A DNA stretch of 34,212 nucleotides from Malacoraja senta (Eukaryota): assembly GCA_038087875.1 (NCBI GenBank), contig JAXLNO010000401.1, positions 1 through 34,212 on the forward strand, given 5' to 3'. Below, piece after piece: positions 12,991 through 24,900 of the stretch; the first letter of the stretch is position 1; every line of letters starts with the position of its first letter. Under the pieces are notes generated by a model that was not told the DNA's origin, did no database searches, and worked only from the letters and a program-made list of their open reading frames with translations. The translations under genes and the position numbers were made by a program.

Positions 12991-15900
12991 GAGAGAGAGG
13001 CTGCGAGCCGGCAGCCTTGCCAGCAACGTGTTTATTTTCTAGATTTTTTAGTGTGTCTTAATGTGTGTTTTGAATGTCTCTCTGTGTGTCTTGTGTGGGG
13101 GGTGGTGTGTGGGGGGGGGGGGGGGTAAGGGGGAAACCGTTTCGGTCGCCTCCTCCACGGAGAAGCGACTTTTTCCATGTTGCCTCCCCCGTGGCTTAAC
13201 ATCGAGGATCCATGCGGCCTTTCCCGGAGACGTGCCCAGGGGCTTCAGCCTCAGGCGCAGCGAGGACGCTTTCGTCACGGAGCGGGCGGTCGCCGGAGGG
13301 GGGCGCTCCAGGGGGTCGCCGGAGGGGGGCGCTCCAGGGGTCGCCAGAGGGGGGTGCTCCAGGGGTCGCCAGAGGGGGGTGCTCCAGGGGTCGCCAGAGG
13401 GGGGCACTCCGGGGGTCGCCGGAGGGGGGCGCTCCAGGGGTCGCCAGAGGGGGGCACTCCGGGGGTCGCCGGAGGGGGGCGCTCCGTTCGCTGGGGTCGC
13501 CAGAGGGGGGAGCTCCGTCCACAGAGCTCCAGCTGGTGCTGCGCCCGGAGTTGGGGACCCCGGAGGAGAAGAAGCTCTGACCGCCGGCCCGCGGCCTACT
13601 TCTACCGTGGCAGCCAGCCGCAGACACTTACCATTCCCTTGCCGGGGATCCCTGGAGAGGAGCTCCGACTGCCGGCCCTGCAGTCTGCGGTGCTTCTGGC
13701 TGCAGCGCGGCGGGAACTTTAGATCTTCGACCGCCGGCCTGCGGCCTACACCATCTTGAAGCCGCGGTCTCCGGTGGGGAGGCACCGATTCAGGATTTAC
13801 TTACCTTGTCTGTACATCTGGATGCCCGCAGCGATGACTGCGGAGGGTTGGGGTCGTGACCACGGGGAAAATGGAGAAGGACTGGCCAAACCACAGTGAT
13901 GAATGCCGTAGTGGATGTTTGTGTTCAATTTTATTGTGTACTTAGTGTCCTTTTTTTATTGTACCGCTGCTGGCAAATTAATTTCACTTGCACTTTATGT
14001 GCAAGTGGCGAATAAACATAAACATAGAAACATAGAAATTAGGTGCAGGAGTAGGCCATTCGGCCCTTCGAGCCTGCACCGCCATTCAATATGATCATGG
14101 CTGATCATCCAACTCAGTATCCCGTACCTGCCTTCTCTCCATACCCTCTGATCCCTTTAGCCACAAGGGCCACATCTAACTCCCTCTTAAATATAGCCAA
14201 TGAACTGGCCTCGACTACCCTCTGTGGCAGAGAGTTCCAGAGATTCACCACTCTCTGTGTGAAAAAAGTTCTTCTCATCTCGGTTTTAAAGGATTTCCCC
14301 CTTATCCTTAAGCTGTGACCCCTTGTCCTGGACTTCCCCAACATCGGGAGCAATCTTCCTGCATCTAGCCTGTCCAACCCCTTAAGAATTTTGTAAGTTT
14401 CTATAAGACTTGACTTGAAATATAGAGATAGATATAGATATAGAGATAGAGATAGAGATAGAGATATTGATTTGGATGTAAACGGATGGGTTGGCCAGTA
14501 AGTTTGCAGATACACCAAGATTGCTGGGGTCACGGACTGTGAGGAAGGCTGTCAAGGTACACAGCGGGGTACAGATCAGCTACAGCAATGGGTGGAGAAA
14601 TGGCAGATGGAGTTTAGTGTAGGTGTTGCATTTTGGGAGGTCAAATCTAAGGGGAAAGCATACAATTAATGGCATTGTTATACAGAGGGATCTTGGGGTA
14701 CAAGTCCAACACTCCCTGAAAGTGGCAACACAAACAGGTGAAGTGGTAAGGATGGCATATGGTATGCTTGCTTGCTTTCATAGGTCGGGGCATTAAGTAT
14801 AAGAGTCAGGAAGTCATCATGCAGCTTTAATAGGACTTTGGTCTGGCCACATTTGGAGTACATATACTCCCTGACTAATGGAAGGGTTATTTTCTGTAAA
14901 ACCTTGCGTAAGCCAGATTTTACGCATGTCAGAATCACCTTGAAACTAGGTCGAAACAAAGAACTGCAGTTGCAGGTTAATACACAAGATGACCTCATGG
15001 TGGTAACCTTCAATTGGAAAATGTAATGTTGATACCATTGGGTTGTTTACACCAGTGCTGGGGACGAGACAAGGGAACATCACAGACAAGGGGACATCAC
15101 CAACTGAGGGCTGGGTTATTTAAAGCTGAGTTGTGTCTTCTCTAGGGAATACTTCCCAAGTGGGAGGCGGTGGAAGCCTGATCCATGGCTGTGTTTCGTG
15201 GCAGTGACAGGTGGTGGGGAAGCGAAAGAGGAGGCGGTGAGGCCGGCATGGACCAGCTGGGAGCACAAGGCAGGGCAGGGCAGACTGGAAGGGCCGAGTG
15301 GCCAACTCCTTTATCCTTCCTTCCAACACCGACTTCCTTTTCCTCGCAGGTACTTCAAGAACGAAGACGAGGTCAGCAATAAATGCGTGAAGCAAATTGG
15401 AAATGTGGTCAAGGACATGACCACCACGTTTGAGTTTGGAATCAAAGACGAGGCGCGAGAGGGTGAGTGCTCCCTGCGACCGGTCGTGTGTCAGGCCAGA
15501 GGCTCCGTGACCCCAGGGGCTCCGTGACCCCAGGGGAGCCGTGACCCCAGGGGAGCCGTGACCCCAGGGGAGCCGTGACCCCAGGGGCTCCGTGACCCCA
15601 GGGGAGCCGTGACCCCAGGGGGGCCGTGACCCCAGGGGGGCCGTGACCCCAGGGGAGCTGTGACCTCGGGCCCCGTGACCCCGTGACCCCAGCCCTCAAG
15701 CCTGCAACACGCTCCCGTCTACCGTGCCGTGAGCCGGAGGCAACCGAGGTGCAGTGACGGGCGGGGGGGGGGGCGCTGCGGGCTTGTTTAGTTTTAGTTT
15801 ACATTAGAGATACAGGGCGGAAACAGCCCCTTTGGTCCACCGAGTCCAAGTCCCGCACATTAACACTATCCTACGCACATGAGGGACAATTTACACACAC

Positions 15901-18900
15901 ACCAAGCCGATTAACCTGCAAACTAGTACGTCTTTGGAATGTGGGAGGAAACCGGAGAAACCCCACGCAGGTCACGGGGTGAAGGTAGTTACAGATCCAC
16001 AGGCACTGGTATATAACTGCCCTGTGCCTCTCCACTTGCTTGCATCCTTCCCACTGTACCTGTTTAGTTTAGAGATGCAGCGCGGAAACAGGCCCTTCGG
16101 CCCACCGAGTCGTGCCGACCAGCGACCCCCACACACTGACACTATTCTACACACACTAGGGACAATTTACAATGATACCAAACCAATTAACCAACAAACC
16201 TGTACGTCTTTGGAGTGTGGGAGCAAACCGGAGAACCCGGAGAAAACCCACGCAGGTCACGGGGAGAAGGTACAAACTCCGTACAGACAGCACCCGTAGT
16301 CAGGATGGAACCCGGGTCTCTGGCGCTGTGAGGCACCGACTCTACCCGCTGCGCCAGTGTGCTTGTGTTGGGTCACGGCAGATATTGTCACGGCAGCTTT
16401 CCACGTAATCCCTCAACGGCCCCTCAGAGACGAGGGCAATCTCCTCGTAACCGAGTCATGGGTCACACAGCAGACACGGTACCTTCGGCCCAATGTGTTC
16501 ATGCCAACCAGGACTCCCCATCTACACCAAGTCCCATTTGTCTGCAGTGGCCCACATCCCTCTAATCCTTTCCCAGCCATCTACTGTACCTTTTAAACGT
16601 TGTTATACCTGCTTCAACTACTTCCTCTGGCAGCTCGTTTCATATACACAGAACCTCTGTGTGTAAGGTTCCCCACGGGTTCCTATTAAACGTTTCCCCT
16701 CTCACCTTAAATCTCTGCCCTTGGGTTGTTGATTCTGGTTCTGTTGTCTCCCGGGTTGATGAGTTCCCAGGATGATGTCCCTAGTGTGTATAGGACAATG
16801 CCAGGCAGGTGGTACACTGCCACATGTGGGCCAGGACCTGCTAGACGAGTGGCCCTTCGGCCCACTGAGTCCGCACTGTCCAGCGATCCCCGCACATTAA
16901 CACCATCCTACACACACTAGGGACAATTTACATTTCTACCAAGCCAACTAGCCCACACTCCAAAGACATTAGCATGTCTTTGGAGTGTGGGAGGAAACTG
17001 GAGCACCCAGAGAAAACCCACACGGGCCACGGGGAGAACGTACAAACTCCATACAGACAACAACTGTAGTCAGGATCGAACCAGTGTCCCTGGCGCTGTG
17101 AGGCAGCAACTCTACCGCTGCGCCACTGTGCCGCCCTCTCTCCCCCAGCCTCGTGTCCCGGGCTTCTTGGTGCCATCCCGTGCTCTCCGCCTACGCTGGC
17201 GCAACCAAAACGTAAAAATGATTTCACCTGCGTGTTGGTGTTTAACGCTCCTTCCCTCCTCTCTGCAGAGCTTCAGAGGACAGATGCCATCCCCTTTCAG
17301 CTGCAGCTGGGATACCGACTCCCAGACGGGCGCTCCGTCTACAGGATCGTGTCTCAGGAAAGGCCCACGACCACCCAGAGGTGAGGGCAGCCAGTGCCAG
17401 GGTGACACACGGGCACATCGCACAATGCTGTGGCAGTAGAGACATCCAGACAGGTGCATCACAGTCTGCGAGTGGAAGCACCGACAGACTGATCTGCCCT
17501 TTAAATTGGCATTGTTGCTGCCACAAATACTGCGCCTCTTTCCATGTACCCACCGGGTGAAAGCATGGCCTCGGGAGTGGACCCCTGTGAATTATTTCCC
17601 TCTTACAGAAGGCTGAGGAGACCTGGGTGTCATGGTACACCAGTCATTGAAAGTAGGCATGCAGGTGCAGCAGGCAGTGAAGAAAACGAATGGTATGTTG
17701 GCCTTCATAGCAAGAGGATTTGAGTATAGGAGCAGGGAGGTTCTACTGCAGTTGTACAGGGTCTTGGTGAGACCACACCTGGAGTATTGCGTACAGTTTT
17801 GGTCTCCAAATCTGAGGAAGGACATTATAGCCATAGAGGGAGTGCAGAGAAGGTTCACCAGACTGATTCCTGGGATGTCAGGACTTTCATATGAAGAAAG
17901 ACTGGATAGACTTGGCTTATACTCGCTAGAATTTAGGAGATTGAGAGGGGATCTTATAGAAACGTACAAAATTCTTATGGGGTTGGACAGGCTAGATGCA
18001 GGAAGATTGTTCCCGATGTTGGGGAAGTCCAGGACAAGGGGTCACAGCTTAAGGATAAGGGGGAAATCCTTTAAGTCCGAGATGAGGAAAAACTTTTTCA
18101 CACAGAGAGTGGTGAATCTCTGGAACTCTCTGCCACAGAGGGTAGTTGAGGCCAGTTCATTGGCTATATTTAAGAGGGAGTTAGATGTGGCCCTTGTGGC
18201 TAAAGGGATCAGGGGGTATAGAGAGAAGGCAGGTACGGGATACTGAGTTGGATGATCAGCCATGATCATATTGAATGGCGGTGCAGGCTCGAAGGGCCGA
18301 ATGGCCTACTCCTGCACCTATTTTCTATGTATCTATGTATCTATGTAAGTCATAGATATTTTTAAGGTTGATAGATTCTTGATTATAAGGTTATAGAGAG
18401 AAGGCAGGAGAATGGGGTTCAAAGGGAAAGCTGGATTAGCCTTGATTTAATGGCAGAGTAGACTTGATGGGCCAAATGGTCTAATTCTGCTCCTATCACA
18501 TATGAACTTACCCTCGGCCTCTGCCTTCAAGTTATAGACTTCCCTACCATGGGGAAGGCTCTCATCAATATTCCTCATGATTTTATAAACCTCTATAAGG
18601 TCACCCCCTCAGCCTCGTTCTCTCCAGGGAAAACAGTCACAGCCGACACATGGCGGCACAGTGTCAAAGACCTGGGTCCAACCCTGACTATGGGTGCAGT
18701 CTGTATGGAGTTTGTACATTCTCCCTGTGACCCCCGCGTGGGTTTTCTCCAGGTGCTCCGGTTTCTGTCCATATTCCAAAGGTGTGCAGGTTTGACAGGC
18801 CAATTGGCTTCTGTAACTTGTCCCCACATTATATGATAGAACTAGTGTCTGGGTGGTTGGCATGGTCTCACAGGACTGAAGGGTCTGTTCCCACGCTGTA

Positions 18901-21900
18901 TCTCTAAAACTAAAAACCTATTCAGTTAGTCCAGTGTTTGTTTTATGCTCCTTGAGTGTCTGTCTCCTTGTAACTAGATGTCTCCTTGTAACTGGTGTCT
19001 GTCTCCTTGTAACTGGACAAGCTCGATGCAGGAAAAATGTTCCCAATGTTGGGTGAGTCCAGAACCAGGGGCCACAGTCTTAGAATAAAGGGGAGGTCAT
19101 TTAAGACTGAGGTGAGAAAAATCTTTTTCACCCAGAGTTGTGAATTTATGGAATTCCCTGCCACAGAGGGCAGTGGAGGCCCAGTCACTGGATGGATTTA
19201 AGAGAGAGTTAGATAGAGCTCTAGGGGCTAGTGGAGCCAAGGGATATTGATAGGGGACGATCAGCCATGATCACAACGAGGCCCAGGGACCGTTGCAGGA
19301 GGAGGAGCGGCGTCCGGGTGGTGGGTAGTTAAACAGCGCGAGGCTTTGCTTTCCAGACGCCCAGGGACCGTTGCAGGAGGAGGAGGGGCGTCCGGGTGGT
19401 GGGTAGTTAAACAGCGCGGGGCTTTGCTTTCCAGACGCCCAGGGACCGTTGCAGGAGGAGGAGCCCAAAAACTGCAAGGTTCCATTCACGTTTCATATAA
19501 GTGAGGAAGCCGCTGATTGGTGGAAGCAGCTGATTGGGAGTCAGATCCCTGCTGATTTCCTCCACCAGCTTGTATTGTATCCAGGGTAAGGCTTTGTATT
19601 GTATCCAGGGTAAGGCTTGGTATTGTATCCAGGGTAAGGCTTTGTATTGTATCCAGGGTAAGGCTTTGTATTGTATCCAGGGTAAGGCTTGGTATTGTAT
19701 CCAGGGTAAGGCTTTGTATTGTATCCAGGGTAAGGCTTGGTATTGTATCCAGGGTAAGGCTTTGTATTGTATCCAGGGTAAGGCTTTGTATTGTATCCAG
19801 GGTAAGGCTTTGTATTGTATCCAGGGTAAGGCTTTGTATTGTATCCAGGGTAAGGCTTTGTATTGTATCCAGGGTAAGGCTTTGTATTGTATCCAGGGTA
19901 AGGCTTTGTATTGTATCCAGGGTAAGGGGGGAGAATGAGGCCCAGGGTAGTTTACTGTTCTGGATGTCAAATGTGGGAGGTCATGGAGTCTGATACCCCT
20001 CCAGACGTCCACATCTGCGCCAGGTGCGTCAAGATGGGGCTCCTAAGGGACCGTATTAGGAACCTGGAGCAGCAGCTCGATGACCTATGTCTGGTCAGGG
20101 AGAGTGAGGAGGTCAGAGAGAGGAGTTATAGGGAGGTGGTCACTCCAAGACCACGGGAGGCAGACAAGTGGGTCACGGTTAGGAAGGGCAAGGGGCAGAG
20201 GCAGGGACTAGAGAGTACCCCGGTGGCTGTACACCTTGGCAATAAGTATTCTGGTTTGAGTACTGTTGGGGGGGACAGCCTACCTGGGGGTAGCGACAGC
20301 GGCCGGGCCTCCAGCACAGAGACCGGCCCTGTTGCTCAGAAGGGTAGGGAAAAGAAGAGGGGGGCAATAGTAATAGGGGACTCTATAGTTAGGGGGTCAG
20401 ATAGGCGATTCTGTGGACGCAGTCAGGAGACCCGGATGGTAGTTTGCCTCCCTGGTGCCAGGGTCAGGGATGTGTCTGAACATGTCCAAGATATCCTGAA
20501 ATCGGAGGGAGAGGAGCCTGAGGTTGTGGTACATATAGGTACCAATGACATAGGTAGAAAAAGAGAAGAGGTCCTGAAAGGAGAATTTAGGGAGTTGGGA
20601 GGAGAGTTAAGGAGAAGGACCGCAAAGGTAACAATCTCAGGATTACTACCTGTGCCACGCGACAGTGAAAGTAGGAATGGAGTGAGGTGGAGGATAAATG
20701 CGTGGCTGAGGAACTGGTGCAGCGGGCAGGGATTCAAATTTCTGGATCATTGGGACCTCTTTTGGGGAAGGTGTGACCTGTACAGAAAGGACGGGTTGCA
20801 CTTGAACCTGAGGGGAACCAATATCCTGGCGGGGAGATTTGCAAAGGCAACTGGGGAGACTTTAAACTAGAACGGTTGGGGGGAGGGACTCAAATAGAGA
20901 AAGCTAGTAGACAGTGTGTGAGGCAGGAAGCAGAGAAGGGAAGCACTCGGACCCAACATGTAGGGGAGAAAGAAGAAAAAGATAATAAACAGAGAATAAG
21001 TGGTGGTGGGTTTCTTAAATGTGTATATTTTAATGCTAGGAGCATTGTAAGAAAGGTGGATGAGCTTAGAGTCTGGATTGACACCTGGAAGTATGATGTT
21101 GTGGCGATCAGTGAAACATGGTTGCAGGAGGGTTGTGATTGGAAACTAAATATTCCAGGATTTCGTTGCTTCAGGGGTGATAGAATTGGAGGGGCAAGAG
21201 GTGGGAGTGTTGCATTGCTTGTCAAGGAAGATATTACAGCAGTGCTTTGGCAGGATAGATTAGGGGGCTTGTCTAGGGAGGCTATTTGGGTGGAGCTGAG
21301 AAATGGGAAAGGTGTAGCAACACTTATAGGGGTGTATTATAGACTGCCTAATGGGGAGCGAGAATTGGAAGAGCAAATATGTAAGGAGATAGCAGATATT
21401 AGTAGTAAGCACAAGGTAGTGATTGTGGGAGATTTCAATTTTCCACACATAGACTGGGAAACACATTCTGTAAAAGGGCTGGATGGTTTGGAGTTTGTAA
21501 AATGTGTGCAGGATAGTTTTTTGCAGCAATACATAGAGGTACCTACTAGAGAAGGGGCAGTGCTGGACCTCCTGTTAGGAAATGAGACAGGGCAGGTGGC
21601 GGAGGTAAGCGTTGGGGAGCACTTCGGGTCCAGTGATCACAATACCATTAGTTTCAATATAATTATGGAGAGGGTCAGAACTGGACCTAGGGTTGAGATT
21701 TTTGTTTGGAGAAAGGCTAACTATGAGGAGATGCGAAAGGATTTAAAAGGAGTGAATTGGGACATGTTGTTTTATAGGAAGGATGTAGAAGAGAAATGGA
21801 GGACATTTAAAGGTGAAATTTTAAGAGTACAGAATCTTTATGTCCCTGTTCGGTTGAAAGGAAATATTAAAAATTGGAAAGAGCCATGGTTTTCAAGGGA

Positions 21901-24900
21901 AATTGGACACTTGGTTTGGAAAAAGAGAGAGATCTACAATAATTATAGGCAGCATGGAGTAAATGAGGTGCTTGAGGAGTATAAAGAATGTAAAAAGAAT
22001 ATTAAGAAAGAAATTAGAAAAGCTAAAAGAAGATATGAGGTTGCTTTGGCAAGTAAGGTGAAAGTAAATCCAAAGGGTTTCTACAGCTTTATTAATAGCA
22101 AAAGGATAACAAGGAATAAAATTGGTCCATTAGAGAGTCAGAGTGGACAGCTATCTGCAGAGCCAAAAGAAATGGGGGAGATATTGAACAATTTATTTTC
22201 TTCGGTATTCACCAAGGAGAAGGATATGGAATTATGTGAGGTAAGGGAAACAAGCAGAGTAGCAATGGAAACTATGAGATTCAAAGAAGAGGAGGTGCGG
22301 ACACTTTTGAAAAATATGAAAACGGATAAGTCTCCAGGTCCTGACAGGATATTCCCGAGGACATTGAGGGAAGTTAGTGTAGAAATAGCAGGGGCTATGA
22401 CAGAAATATTTCAAATGTCATTAGAAACGGGAATAGTGCCGGAGGATTGGCGTACTGCGCATGTTGTTCTGTTGTTTAAAAAGGGTTCTAAGAGTAAACC
22501 TAGTAATTATAGACCTGTTAGTTTGACGTCAGTTGTGGGCAAATTAATGGAAAGGATACTTAGAGATAATATATATAAGCATCTGGATAAGCAGGGTCTG
22601 ATTAGGAACAGTCAACATGGATTTGTGCCTGGAAGGTCATGTTTGACTAATCTTCCAGAATTTTTCGAAGAGGTTACTAGGGAAATTGATGAGGGTAAAG
22701 CAGTGGATGTTGTCTATATGGACTTCAGTAAGGCCTTTGACAAGTTTCCTCGTGGAAGGTTGGTTAAGAAGATTAAATTGTTGGGTATTAATGGTGGAGT
22801 AGCAAGATGGATTCAACAGTGGCTGAATGGGAGATGCCAGAGAGTAATGGTGGATGGCTGTTTGTCAGGTTGGTGGCCGGTGACTAGTGGGGTGCCTCAG
22901 GGGTCTGTGTTGGGTCCACTGTTGTTTGTCATGTACATCAATGATCTGGATGATGGTGTGGAAAATTGGATTAGTAAGTATGCAGATGATACTAAGATAG
23001 GTGGTGTGGTGGATAATGAAGTAGATTTTCAAAGTCTACAGAGAGATTTAGGCCATTTGGAAGAGTGGGCTGAAAGATGGCAGATGGAGTTTAATGCTGA
23101 TAAATGTGAGGTACTACATCCCGGCAGGACAAATCAAAATAGGACGTACATGGTAAATGGTAGAGAATTGAGGAATGCAGTTGAACAGAGGGATCTAGGA
23201 ATAACTGTGCATAGTTCCCTAAAGGTGGAATCTCATGTAGATAGGGTGGTAAAGAAAGCTTTTGGTGTGCTGGCCTTTATAAATCAGAGCATTGAATATA
23301 GAAGTTGGGATGTAATGTTAAAATTGTACAAGGCATTGGTGAGGCCAATTCTGGAGTATGGAGTACAATTTTGGTCGCCTAATTATAGGAAGGATGTCAA
23401 CAAAATAGAGAGAGTACAGAGGAGATTTACTAGAATGTTGCCTGGGTTTCAGCAACTAAGTTACAGAGAAAGGTTGAACAAGTTAGGTCTTTATTCTTTG
23501 GAGCGCAGCAAGTTAAGAGGGGACTTGATAGAGGTCTTTAAAATTATGAGCGGGTTAGACAGAGTTGACGTGGATAAGCTTTTTCCATTGAGAGTAGGGA
23601 AGATTCAAACAAGGGGACATGACTTGAGAATTAAGGGACAGAAGTTTAGGGGTAACATTAGGGGGAACTTCTTTACTCAGAGAGTGGTAGCTGTGTGGAA
23701 TGAGCTTCCAGTGGAAGTGGTGGAGGCAGGTTCGATTTTATCCTTTAAAAATAGATTGGATGGGTATATGGACGGGAAAGGAATGGAGGGTTATGGTCTG
23801 AGTGCAGGTAGATGGGACTAGGGGGAAGTATTTTTTTTTTTTTTTAAATAATATTAATAATAATAATAATAATGTTCGGCACGGACTAGAAGGGCCGAGA
23901 TGGCCTGTTTCCATGCTGTAATGGTTATATGGTTATATGAATGGCGGTGCTGGCTCGAAGGGCCGAATGGCCTCCTCCTGTACCTATTTTCTATGTTTCT
24001 ATGTTTCTATGTAACTCAAGCCTTCTAGTACCACTAACATCCTGGTGAATCTTTTGTGCGCTCTTTCCAGCTTCATGATATTTTTATTTATTTATTTATT
24101 TATTTGTTCCGAACAAGTAAAGACATAAAATAGGGATAAATAACAACAACAATATCGAAATAGTCAAACAATTGGACATTCCAGGCAATATTTGCAAAGC
24201 AATGAAAAGCATAATGCTAAATTTAAATGTCCAACACTTTTTCTTTACAAGCTCGAAAAGGAGAGAGAAGAAGAAGAACTTGTTTAATCTCACCCCTTCT
24301 CCCCAAACCCTTCTTCCATATTTAATAATGAGTTAATTAATGATAATAATACCCCAGACCGTTTTTAGAGATACATACAGACATATATATACCTACAACT
24401 GATATACACATACAAGTAATATGTATGAAGTAACCAAAACACATCAATAAATAATATATAAAATAATAAACAAACATTTATTGGATATCCATCCTACATT
24501 TGAAAAAGATTCTTCTGGAATCTTCAGCAAAAACAAAGTGCTGGAGTAACTCAGCGGGTCAGGCAGCATCTCTGGAGAACATGGATAGGTGACGTTTCAC
24601 AGAGTGCTGGAGTATCTCAGCAGGTCAGGCAGCATCTCTGGAGAACATGGGTAGGAGACGTTTCACAGAGTGCTGGAGTATCTCAGCGGGTCAGGCAGCA
24701 TCTGTGGAGCGAAGGAAATGGGCAACCTTTCGGGCCGAAACCCTGAAGGAAATAGGCAACGTTTCAGGCCGAAACCCGGAAGGGTTTCGGGCCGAAACGT
24801 TGCCTATTTCCTTCGCTCCATAGATGCTGCCGGAACATGGATAGGTGACGTTTCACAGAGTGCTGGAGTAACTCAGCGGGTCAGGCAGCATCTGTGGAGA

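Larger units (their letters stand above)
19277..23937 (+). mobile_element. Apparently full-length CR1-clade LINE (~4.66 kb), nested in an older CR1 3' fragment
   Basis: 5'UTR with tandem repeats, ORF1, ORF2, 3' stem-loop gggccgagatggcct and (ATGGTTAT)n tail. It splits the host CR1 sequence gatcacaa|tgaatggcgg, which is contiguous in the paralogous copy near 31970-31990. Confidence 0.95.
19013..24010 (+). mobile_element. 5'-truncated CR1 (19013-19276 + 23938-24010) interrupted by the full-length element
   Basis: The two halves join into the CR1 3' end with a (CTATGTTT)n tail; flanked by tgtaact at 19008-19014 and 24010-24016 (probable TSD). Confidence 0.88.

Noticed and set aside
13048..13785. 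Several 120-245 aa ORFs on both strands
   Set aside because: GC-rich minisatellite lacking stops; no domain motifs
17060..17133. tRNA-like sequence
   Set aside because: SINE head joined to V-domain and LINE-like tail; no complete cloverleaf
19570..19926. CRISPR-like appearance of regular repeats (also 24536-25070)
   Set aside because: No unique spacers, no cas genes, vertebrate context
19407..20012. Antisense (PWIQYKAL)n ORF and sense (LYCIQGKA)n ORF
   Set aside because: Open because the 24-bp unit lacks stops in those frames; neither starts at an AUG
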